A stretch of 64,000 bases of DNA, from the IMG/VR virus record IMGVR_UViG_3300045988_079613. One strand, 5' to 3'. The translations under genes were made by a program, and so were the position numbers. The DNA comes from a virus. The notes under the pieces were generated by a model. The model made no database searches. It was not told where the DNA came from and was given only the letters and a program-made list of their open reading frames with translations. Shown here in pieces: positions 1 to 7,522 of this stretch. The stretch's first letter is position 1; each line of letters begins with the position of its first letter.

Positions 1-31
1 TAGTAATAACAATTAAAAAAGGCTGAAAATT

Positions 32-547
32 ATGAAAACATATACAATTACATTACCGAAGAAAGAAGATACCGCAAAAATTTATAAAGATAATTTGTTG
101 AAACGAGTAATCACTGCTTACCCTTGGTTGACAGTAGATAGTAAATTTGATTATCCGTATTCCAATAATGGTGTAGAGTATGCATCTGCAGGAGATGTTA
201 TCACTCTTGGTTTGAGCAATACTCATAAAGTTAGCTGGCTTCCTAAAGAATGCACTAACTGTCCGTTTAAGTGTTGGAACGAAGATACTATTAATTTCGA
301 TCTTGAGAAAGAATTCTTTAAAGCAATTAATGCTCTTGATATATTTGCTAAAGAAAACTATCCGTTTAAGAAAGATTATGACTTTGAAGACGAATTTGGT
401 ACCCCTATCAAGATCTTCGATAATTTCGTACAGATTGGATACGATATTATTCCAATTATGCCGGGTTCATTGAATCATTTGAAACCTAAAACAAAGAAAA
501 CTATTATCAATATCACGATTAAGATTAAAAATCGTGGTTTATTCTAA
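32..547 (+). CDS. hypothetical protein (171 aa)
   Basis: Uninterrupted ATG..TAA ORF. First gene of the co-directional plus-strand block. No motif recognised. Confidence 0.55.
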   Translation: MKTYTITLPKKEDTAKIYKDNLLKRVITAYPWLTVDSKFDYPYSNNGVEYASAGDVITLGLSNTHKVSWLPKECTNCPFKCWNEDTINFDLEKEFFKAINALDIFAKENYPFKKDYDFEDEFGTPIKIFDNFVQIGYDIIPIMPGSLNHLKPKTKKTIINITIKIKNRGLF

Positions 548-566
548 TAAAATAATTATTCCATAT

Positions 567-594
567 ATCAGAAACTTATCAGAAACTTATCAGA
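567..594 (+). promoter_or_regulatory. 2.5 tandem copies of ATCAGAAACTT in the intergenic region upstream of the ATPase gene
   Basis: Read directly: atcagaaactt atcagaaactt atcaga. The same TCAGAAA heptamer forms a perfect inverted repeat at 2095-2111. Confidence 0.35.
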
Positions 595-617
595 GGAATA
601 TAACATAAATAAGCTTT

Positions 618-1358
618 ATGATTGTATTACCAAAAGAAAAGATAAAAGCCAAGGTAGAAAATCCTAGATTTTTAATACTATTTGGCAAACCAAAAGCTGG
701 TAAAACTACTTTAGTATCTAGATTAGATAATAATCTAATTATAGACTTAGAAGGAGGATCAGAGTTTTTGGAAGCATTAGCTGTACAAGCTAGATCTGTA
801 AAGGATTTAGGAGATATAGCTAGTGCTATTAAAGAAGAAATTAAACAAACAGGTAAAAAACCTTATAAGTATATTACTATAGATAATGCTTCTAGATTAG
901 AAGAAATGTGCATGAGTTTTGCAGTACAATTGTATAAGGCTACTCCAATGGGAAAAGGTTATACCGGTTCTGATGTTAGAACACTGCCAAATGGATCTGG
1001 TTACTTATATTTACAACAAGCTGTAAGAAAAGTAATAGATATGTTTAAAGAACTATGCGATAATCTAATCCTAATTGGTCACTTAAAAGATAAAATGATT
1101 AATAAAGAAGGAGAAGAATTATCTGAAATGTCTCTTGATTTGGTAGGTAAACTTGCAAATATTATATGTGGTGAAGCGGATGCAGTAGGCTATGTATATA
1201 GAAAGAAGAATGAAACTCATATTTCTTTTGAAGGAGGAGATAATTCTGTAAGAGAAGCAAGAGCACCTCATTTAAGAGGAAAAAACATAGTAGTAGCAGA
1301 AAGTGATGCAGATAATGTAATTACTACTTATTGGGACAAAATTTATTTACCTGAATAA
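618..1358 (+). CDS. RecA-fold ATPase, Sak4/AAA_24-like (recombination/annealing-associated)
   Basis: Walker A FGKPKAGKTT near the N-terminus. About 245 aa. Lies directly upstream of an SSB-like gene, as in many phage recombination modules. Confidence 0.65.
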   Translation: MIVLPKEKIKAKVENPRFLILFGKPKAGKTTLVSRLDNNLIIDLEGGSEFLEALAVQARSVKDLGDIASAIKEEIKQTGKKPYKYITIDNASRLEEMCMSFAVQLYKATPMGKGYTGSDVRTLPNGSGYLYLQQAVRKVIDMFKELCDNLILIGHLKDKMINKEGEELSEMSLDLVGKLANIICGEADAVGYVYRKKNETHISFEGGDNSVREARAPHLRGKNIVVAESDADNVITTYWDKIYLPE

Positions 1359-1371
1359 AAATGATTAAGTT

Positions 1372-1974
1372 ATGATTTACAGCACAGAATTAGCAAACAA
1401 AATAGAAACTACAGACGTTTTAAAAAGTAAATACTTAGAAGCAGGTATTCACGAAGACGTACAGCTTGTAGGAGCAAAAGTTGACAAGTCTATTAATGGA
1501 AATATCTTTCTTGAGGTAAAATTTACTAAAGAAGGACAAGATTTAACTCATACAGAATGGGAATCTACTAAGAAACCTGGAGAATCTGATGAAGAATGTC
1601 AAACTAGAGGTAGTAAACAGGTTAAGAGAATTATGCAAATTCTTGAATGTTTCTACCCTAAAGAAGCGCTAGTATTTGCTGGTTCTTCTTATAAAGACTT
1701 TGTTGATTGGGTTGCTATGATGCTAAATGCAGCAAACAAGAATATTTTACTTAGAGTAAAGATAGTATATAATAAAAAGGGATATACTACATTGCCTAAT
1801 TATTGTAAGTTTACTTTTATCGAACCAATGAATCTTCCTGAAGGAGAGAAGAGTAAAATTGCAGAATTGAGTATAGACCAATTTACTAAACCTATAATAG
1901 CAGATGTAGAAACTAAGGATACTAATCCTCTAATGGAAACATCTTCTGATCCAACAGGTGATCTTCCTTTTTAA
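1372..1974 (+). CDS. single-stranded DNA-binding protein-like
   Basis: The C-terminus ...SSDPTGDLPF resembles the acidic D-(I/L)-P-F tip of SSBs. Position between ATPase and primase. Confidence 0.5.
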   Translation: MIYSTELANKIETTDVLKSKYLEAGIHEDVQLVGAKVDKSINGNIFLEVKFTKEGQDLTHTEWESTKKPGESDEECQTRGSKQVKRIMQILECFYPKEALVFAGSSYKDFVDWVAMMLNAANKNILLRVKIVYNKKGYTTLPNYCKFTFIEPMNLPEGEKSKIAELSIDQFTKPIIADVETKDTNPLMETSSDPTGDLPF

Positions 1975-2021
1975 AGAAGAAAATAAAATAACAGTAGCTA
2001 CCTAGAGCATAAGCTAGGAAT

Positions 2022-2082
2022 ACGTAGGTTAGTGCACCGCACTATGAAAAATGAGTGATACACAATAGTGCACAACCTACGT
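2022..2082 (+). terminator. long imperfect hairpin followed by a short T-run (terminator or structured RNA)
   Basis: ACGTAGGTT-a-GTGCAC ... GTGCAC-AACCTACGT (15 bp with one bulge), then TTT. An alternative inner hairpin is TAGTGC-acc-GCACTA. Confidence 0.35.
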
Positions 2083-2088
2083 TTTAAA

Positions 2089-2176
2089 TAGGAGTTTCTG
2101 ATATTCAGAAATATGGTATAAATAAGAAAAAGATGTATTTCTCATTTATTATAGAGTTCGAATCTCTATACTCCTA
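2089..2176 (+). other. tRNA-like remnant: perfect 7-bp acceptor-like stem plus canonical T-arm, but no credible D or anticodon arm
   Basis: TAGGAGT (2089-2095) pairs with ACTCCTA (2170-2176). ATAGAG-TTCGAAT-CTCTAT (2151-2169) has a T-psi-C-type loop. The interior does not fold into a cloverleaf and has no CTA anticodon. Confidence 0.25.
2095..2111. promoter_or_regulatory. perfect inverted repeat TTTCTGA-TAT-TCAGAAA upstream of the primase gene
   Basis: Read directly. Shares the TCAGAAA heptamer with the 567-594 tandem repeats. Confidence 0.35.
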
Positions 2177-2191
2177 CTAAAAATATATCAT

Positions 2192-3172
2192 ATGATTTAC
2201 GATACAACGAAAATAATAAAAGATGATGATAATATTACTTTAGATTATATACTTTCTAAAGTAACAGAGTATGATATATATGCTGCGTATATAGGTAATT
2301 TTAAAGTAGGAATGATTTATAATAGTCCATTTCGTAAAGATAGAAACCCATCATTTGGATGTTTCTATAGTAAGACTAGTAAACAATTAATGTTTAAAGA
2401 TCATGGAACTGGAGAATGTGGTAATGTTATTAAATTTGTAAGCATTTATACAGGATTAACAAATTATAATGATATACTTAAGGATATTATTCAGAAACTT
2501 AAAATTACTAAAGATACGCAATTAGTTAGCTCTAAGCAATATATACCGTCAACTGAAACAGTAATTGGTGTAGTACGTCAGAATTTCACTGATACTGACA
2601 TCAATTACTGGAAGCAGTTTAATATTACGGTAGATACTTTAAAGAAGTTTGGAGTAAGTAGTATAAAATACTACCTATGTAATGGCATAGTAAAAAGCAT
2701 TTATAAAGATGAAAATCCAATGTACGCATATAAGGTGTACAATCACTTTAAGATATATAAACCTTTAGCAGACAAATATACGAAATGGCGTAATAATTTA
2801 ACTGAATATGATATTCAGGGATATAAACAATTACCTAAAACTGGGGACATACTTATTATAACAAAGAGTATGAAAGACGTCATGTGTTTATATGAAATGG
2901 GGATACCAGCAATATCTCCTTCTTCAGAGTCAACTTTTATACCCAATAAGGTTGTAGAACAGCTTAAGAAGCGTTTTAAGCGTATTATTATAATGTTTGA
3001 TAGAGATGAAGCTGGAGTTAAATATCTTCGTAAAATGAGCCTTAAAACAGGTTTAGAAGGATTACTAGTCCATAAAAAATTTAAAGCAAAAGATATATCT
3101 GATGCGATTAAAGCAAATGGATTTGAGAAAGTAAAAAAATGGTTATATGAAGAAATAGAAAAAACAAGGTAG
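2192..3172 (+). CDS. DNA primase (TOPRIM domain)
   Basis: C-terminal half has TOPRIM-type acidic motifs (ITKSMKD..., IIMFDRDEAG). N-terminal FRKDRNPSFGCF looks primase-like. It is the only plus-strand gene whose ORF ends in TAG (3170-3172), with a TAA 7 codons downstream (3191-3193). Confidence 0.7.
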   Translation: MIYDTTKIIKDDDNITLDYILSKVTEYDIYAAYIGNFKVGMIYNSPFRKDRNPSFGCFYSKTSKQLMFKDHGTGECGNVIKFVSIYTGLTNYNDILKDIIQKLKITKDTQLVSSKQYIPSTETVIGVVRQNFTDTDINYWKQFNITVDTLKKFGVSSIKYYLCNGIVKSIYKDENPMYAYKVYNHFKIYKPLADKYTKWRNNLTEYDIQGYKQLPKTGDILIITKSMKDVMCLYEMGIPAISPSSESTFIPNKVVEQLKKRFKRIIIMFDRDEAGVKYLRKMSLKTGLEGLLVHKKFKAKDISDAIKANGFEKVKKWLYEEIEKTR

Positions 3173-3527
3173 AGTTCGAAACGCAACCCCTAATGAATAT
3201 GAAGGAATTAAATTTCGAAGCAAACTTGAAACCTATACATACAAAAAGCTGAAAGAAGCAAATATCCTAGCAGATTATGAAATGCATAGGTATGAGCTAC
3301 TTCCAGCTTTTACTTTTAACAATAAAAAATATAGAGCAATAACCTATTTACCAGACTTTGTTGGTAAAGGTTTTATAATTGAATGTAAAGGCTTTCCTAA
3401 TGAAGCTTGGCCTTTGCGTGAAAAGCTATTTAACTATTATTTGTACACACATGAGCCTAAGACAGCGTTCTATGTAGTACATACACAGAAACAAGTTGAT
3501 GAGTTAATCAACAAGTTAAAAACATAA
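3147..3527 (+). CDS. DUF1064-like PD-(D/E)xK nuclease (start requires decoding TAG at codon 4)
   Basis: The track ORF (3282-3527) lacks the conserved N-terminal part. The same frame upstream reads ATG AAG AAA TAG AAA AAA CAA GGT ... NEYEGIKFRSKLETYTYKKL, which resembles the typical DUF1064 opening. YLPDF...IIECKG supplies the D...ExK core. Confidence 0.5.
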
Positions 3528-3529
3528 AA

Positions 3530-4378
3530 ATGAATATTATGGCAGAATTTATTAAGATCGGAAATGAGATTACAGTTAAACCTAAGTTAGAAGGTATTTC
3601 TTATGAACTCATAAGTAACAAAGTATACGATCTAGAGTATGATAGAATGCAAGGTAGATCTTATCTCAAAGAAAATGGAGATTTGAATATGCCAAAGAAA
3701 TTATACAAACTAGAAGAAGATAATAAATTTATTAAACGTGTATTAAGTTATTTTAATTCTGATAATTCTGGAAAGACAACCGGTATATTACTTGCAGGTA
3801 CTAAAGGTACAGGCAAAACAATGCTCTCTAAACGTATTGCCTTAGAAAGTAATTTACCTATTATTATAGTAGCAAACGACTACCCTGCTAATAAACTTAC
3901 TAGTTTCTTTAAACATTTTACTACTCCTGTAGTAGTTATGTTTGATGAGATTGAAAAAAATACTTATTGGTGGGAAACTAAGGATCTGTTAGGATTCTTA
4001 GACGGTGTAGAAGCTACATCTAAAAAACTGGTATTGATGACCTGTAACAAAACAGATCAGATAGACGATAACTTCTTTGATCGTTGTTCACGTGTTCGTT
4101 ATTTTAAAGAATATGAAGCAAACTCTAATTCTGTATTTGTACGCTGTATAGCAGAAGATAAAGGAATAAAGAATATAGATGAAGTTGTGAATTTCATCGT
4201 TGAACATATAGAAGTTAAATCATTTGATAATATTTCAGCATTCTTAGATGAAGTTGTTCTCTTCGAAGATATTCCATTAGACAAATTAGCTAAAGATATG
4301 AATCTTAGCTTAAATGGAGTAATAAGAACAGGAACTAATATTTCTGATGAGGATGAAATAAATGAAGTTCTATTCTAA
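3530..4378 (+). CDS. AAA+ ATPase
   Basis: Walker A GTKGTGKTM, Walker B VVVMFDEIEK, sensor-like LMTCN. Confidence 0.7.
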   Translation: MNIMAEFIKIGNEITVKPKLEGISYELISNKVYDLEYDRMQGRSYLKENGDLNMPKKLYKLEEDNKFIKRVLSYFNSDNSGKTTGILLAGTKGTGKTMLSKRIALESNLPIIIVANDYPANKLTSFFKHFTTPVVVMFDEIEKNTYWWETKDLLGFLDGVEATSKKLVLMTCNKTDQIDDNFFDRCSRVRYFKEYEANSNSVFVRCIAEDKGIKNIDEVVNFIVEHIEVKSFDNISAFLDEVVLFEDIPLDKLAKDMNLSLNGVIRTGTNISDEDEINEVLF

Positions 4379-4429
4379 TGATACTATTTTATTCAATACT
4401 TATTTATAAACTTACTAAATTCTTACAAT

Positions 4430-5305
4430 ATGAAAATATGTGGAATTAGTGATATACATGGGAATCTTTATAATGAGATTCCTAAATGTGATGTATTGTG
4501 CATTTGTGGTGATATAGTTCCTTTAAACATTCAGAGAGATATGAAAGAATCTGATAAATGGTTTACTGAAGACTTTACTAAATGGATAAATAATTTACCG
4601 TGTAATAAAGTAATAATAGTACCTGGGAATCATGATTTCTATCTTGAAAGAATGTATATTGAAGGAACATGGGACGTAGTTAAAGCACTTATGAGAGCTA
4701 TAACTAATGATAAAGTAGAAATGCTTATTGATGAGTCTTATACTTATAAAGGAGTTAGTTTCTACGGAACGCCATGGATAAACCCTATTTTGTTTCAGCA
4801 AGGAAGGTGGGCATTTGAATTACAAGATAATGAACTATATAATAAGATACCAAAATGTGATATACTAATTACTCATGATAATCCTAATTATAATAACGCA
4901 TTAGGTTATTATACTTTTGGTAAAGCCAAAGTTCATTTATTTGGACATTGGCATGAAGGAGTATCTAATAAAAATCACAGAAAATATAACTGTTCTATAC
5001 TAGATAATAGTTATAACTTTAAAAAGGATTTAAATATAGTAACATTAGATTTTATGACACAAGAAGGAATTGCATTAAAAACTGAATTTATAGAGTATTT
5101 AAGACTTGTTATAAAAGACTATTTTAAACTAAATGGAAATAAACCTCTTACTCTAGAAGAGTGTAATACTTTTCTTGATATGCAGAAAGAGTTTATAGAA
5201 GCTCTAGAAGAAGACAATAACGAATGGGATACTTCTGGGAGTTTCTGTAGTGATTATAATGAGGAAGAAGATACTCCTAAATTAGAATTAGAAGAAGCAG
5301 CATGA
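4430..5305 (+). CDS. calcineurin-like metallophosphoesterase
   Basis: Motifs ISDIHGN, CGDIVP, PGNHD, GHWH in canonical order. Confidence 0.8.
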   Translation: MKICGISDIHGNLYNEIPKCDVLCICGDIVPLNIQRDMKESDKWFTEDFTKWINNLPCNKVIIVPGNHDFYLERMYIEGTWDVVKALMRAITNDKVEMLIDESYTYKGVSFYGTPWINPILFQQGRWAFELQDNELYNKIPKCDILITHDNPNYNNALGYYTFGKAKVHLFGHWHEGVSNKNHRKYNCSILDNSYNFKKDLNIVTLDFMTQEGIALKTEFIEYLRLVIKDYFKLNGNKPLTLEECNTFLDMQKEFIEALEEDNNEWDTSGSFCSDYNEEEDTPKLELEEAA

Positions 5306-6273
5306 AAATAGAAATTCCGTATTATGAAGATAACACGCGAATATCAAATTCAGCAATAGGGTGGTTCTTGAAAAAAGGACCACGTTACCTCAAGGATATG
5401 CTTGACGGTAAAGAAGAAGGTATAAGTGGAAAATATCTTGAAAAAGGTACTATGATACACATGTACTTACTTCAGCCAGATGAATTCTGGCATAATTATA
5501 TGATTATTGACTATGAGAAGCCTAAAACAGCACAGCAGATTGCATTTTGTGAACGTTATTTTCATTCTACAGAATTATTAGAAGAAGATAAATTACTAGA
5601 TGCATATAAATCTGCATACTCTGGCAATAATATGTCTAAAGATGCAATGTTAAAGAAAGCAAAAGAGTTACAACTCAAGTTTGCAGAGTATATTGAATTT
5701 CTAGACAAAAATCAAACATTTACAGTAATATCATTTGCTGATTTAAATATGCTTAAACGAATAGAAGAGAATATTAATAATCACAAAAAAGCAAAAGATT
5801 TACTTACAAATAATCCTGGTTGGGACTGTAATAATGAGTTTCATATAAACTGGGAATCAGAAAAACAGAAGATATCTTGTAAGTCCTTATTAGACAGAGT
5901 TAAAATTGATTTTGTTAATAAGAAGATAATCCTTATAGACTTAAAAACTACAGCAGATGTTTATAATTTTAAGCACTCTGTAGAAGAATATGACTACTAT
6001 AGACAAATTGCATTCTATATTTTAGCTCTTACATGGTATATGTCTGATCTAGGATATAATATAGAGGAGTTTGACTTAGAAGCATACATTATTGCAATTC
6101 AAAGCAATGGTAATAATGAAGTAAGAGTATTTAATATGTTAAACGAAAAAGAGTTATTGGACCGTAAAGACCTAATAGCAGATACTTTAACAGAAATTTC
6201 ATACCATTATCAGACAGGAAATTGGGACCATACTCGTGAATATTACGAAGGAAATGGAACTGAAGAACTATAA
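5302..6273 (+). CDS. PD-(D/E)xK exonuclease (RecB/Cas4/lambda-exo-like)
   Basis: IILIDLKTT (D-x-K) and YRQIAFY (QxxxY-type) motifs. ATGA overlap with the upstream gene. Confidence 0.6.
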   Translation: MKIEIPYYEDNTRISNSAIGWFLKKGPRYLKDMLDGKEEGISGKYLEKGTMIHMYLLQPDEFWHNYMIIDYEKPKTAQQIAFCERYFHSTELLEEDKLLDAYKSAYSGNNMSKDAMLKKAKELQLKFAEYIEFLDKNQTFTVISFADLNMLKRIEENINNHKKAKDLLTNNPGWDCNNEFHINWESEKQKISCKSLLDRVKIDFVNKKIILIDLKTTADVYNFKHSVEEYDYYRQIAFYILALTWYMSDLGYNIEEFDLEAYIIAIQSNGNNEVRVFNMLNEKELLDRKDLIADTLTEISYHYQTGNWDHTREYYEGNGTEEL

Positions 6274-6421
6274 AAATCTAAAACAATTAAAAGGCTCTGA
6301 TGAGAGCGCTATTGAAGCTATGTATAATAATATTATTGTTGATAATACTGAAGAAGAAGCAAAGTATTCTGCAGTAGAAGTAGATGAAGGGACTTGTGTA
6401 GAAGATGGAATTGACGCCTGA
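6236..6421 (+). CDS. small acidic hypothetical protein (61 aa)
   Basis: ORF overlaps both neighbours. Coding status uncertain. Confidence 0.3.
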   Translation: MNITKEMELKNYKNLKQLKGSDESAIEAMYNNIIVDNTEEEAKYSAVEVDEGTCVEDGIDA

Positions 6422-6824
6422 AGTAATTCTACTATCTCCTAGAGTATTAAGTAAAAGGAAACCCTTAGAACATAAGTCATTTAAAGGACTATATACTAGT
6501 CTTTACGACGAATATTCTAAGGGTTTTATTTATTTAGACTACGTATTCAACAATATTGAAGAAGAAAAAGATATCGAAGGTTGGCTTACTTGTGAAAAAA
6601 CGTATTTTAATAAGAGAATTTTCAATATTAATTCAAGTAAACATACTATATTTACTTTAAAATCTGAAGATAGTAGAGAACTAGAAGATTATAAACAAAC
6701 TGGTAATCTAGGTTTTGGAATAACAGATTGGTATCCTATCTTTCAGTTTTGGGGAGATAGAACAAAAGATATAAAAGATACTGTTTATAATACGATAACA
6801 GATTTAAATAATAGGTTTGAATAA
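6405..6824 (+). CDS. hypothetical protein (139 aa)
   Basis: Last ORF of the plus block. Followed by a terminator hairpin. Confidence 0.5.
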   Translation: MELTPEVILLSPRVLSKRKPLEHKSFKGLYTSLYDEYSKGFIYLDYVFNNIEEEKDIEGWLTCEKTYFNKRIFNINSSKHTIFTLKSEDSRELEDYKQTGNLGFGITDWYPIFQFWGDRTKDIKDTVYNTITDLNNRFE

Positions 6825-6829
6825 GAAAA

Positions 6830-6860
6830 GGGCTGTTGTGAAACAGCCCTATCTTTTTAT
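6830..6860. terminator. bidirectional rho-independent terminator between convergent modules
   Basis: GGGCTGTT-GTGA-AACAGCCC (6830-6849), A-rich before and T-rich after. TAA 6822-6824 (plus gene) and TAA 6857-6859 (minus gene, if TAG is read through) flank it. Confidence 0.75.
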
Positions 6861-7456
6861 TCTCCAAGTATCTATTTTTTGTAATAATTTCTTTTACTTT
6901 GTATATCTTTTAATTCCTATATATTCCTAAATGGAGTAAGTTTTAAAAGGTTGCGCTCTTGTTCAGTCCATCCTTTATAAGCACCTCGCTTAATAGTAGC
7001 ATCATAATAAGTTTCTTTTAACCACCAGTACTTAATCCTTTCATATAATAAACTAACAGGATTAGAGAATAATTCAAACATATTACTAACATAGTCTGTA
7101 ATAGCAGAAGGTGACTTGATAATAGATGCCATATCCAGAAGATTATATGGAGCTAATGTTTCAAATTGCGATCTTATTATAGTATATGCCAGTAGTTGTT
7201 TAATGATGTTTTTCTTGTCGTCGTCCGCTGACTGCTCTAATAGCGGTCTAAGAAACCAAACAAGGCCTCCATATAATATACCTTCAAAGACCAATCTAGC
7301 CAAATTTTCTCTTACTAGAGGATCTTCTTGATTAAGTCTTTTATAAGTCTTAATTACGTTTTCATTGTTTTCTATAGCATTATCAAATAATCTTACTACA
7401 GTTTTGAATACTCCTTCTCTGTATCTCTAAGCTTGATAATCCCATTGTCTTGTCAT
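6857..7456 (-). CDS. hypothetical virion-module protein, or the C-terminal part of the 7523-11278 ORF
   Basis: Same reading phase as 7523-11278, separated from it only by one TAA (7523-7525). First ATG after that TAA is at 7456. Three in-frame TAGs (7421-7423, 6917-6919, 6872-6874). Ends at TAA 6857-6859 next to the terminator. Confidence 0.4.
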
Positions 7457-7522
7457 TAACCATCTCTCTTGTAAAACAACCGGTAAATATTGTCTGTGCA
7501 TCATAACAAACTATCCTGCCCA

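Noticed and set aside
2089-2176. Calling the tRNA-like element the suppressor tRNA(CUA) for TAG decoding
   Set aside because: It has no CTA triplet in a loop context, no foldable anticodon arm, and a D-region replaced by a 7-bp/3-nt hairpin that matches an operator-like motif seen elsewhere. The suppressor is presumably encoded outside this window.
2152-3180. The 11-nt direct repeat TAGAGTTCGAA flanking the primase gene as target-site duplication of a mobile primase cassette
   Set aside because: Only 11 nt, no transposase or integrase or terminal inverted repeats, and joining the copies does not reconstitute a tRNA. Kept as a note under the tRNA-like finding, not as a mobile-element call.
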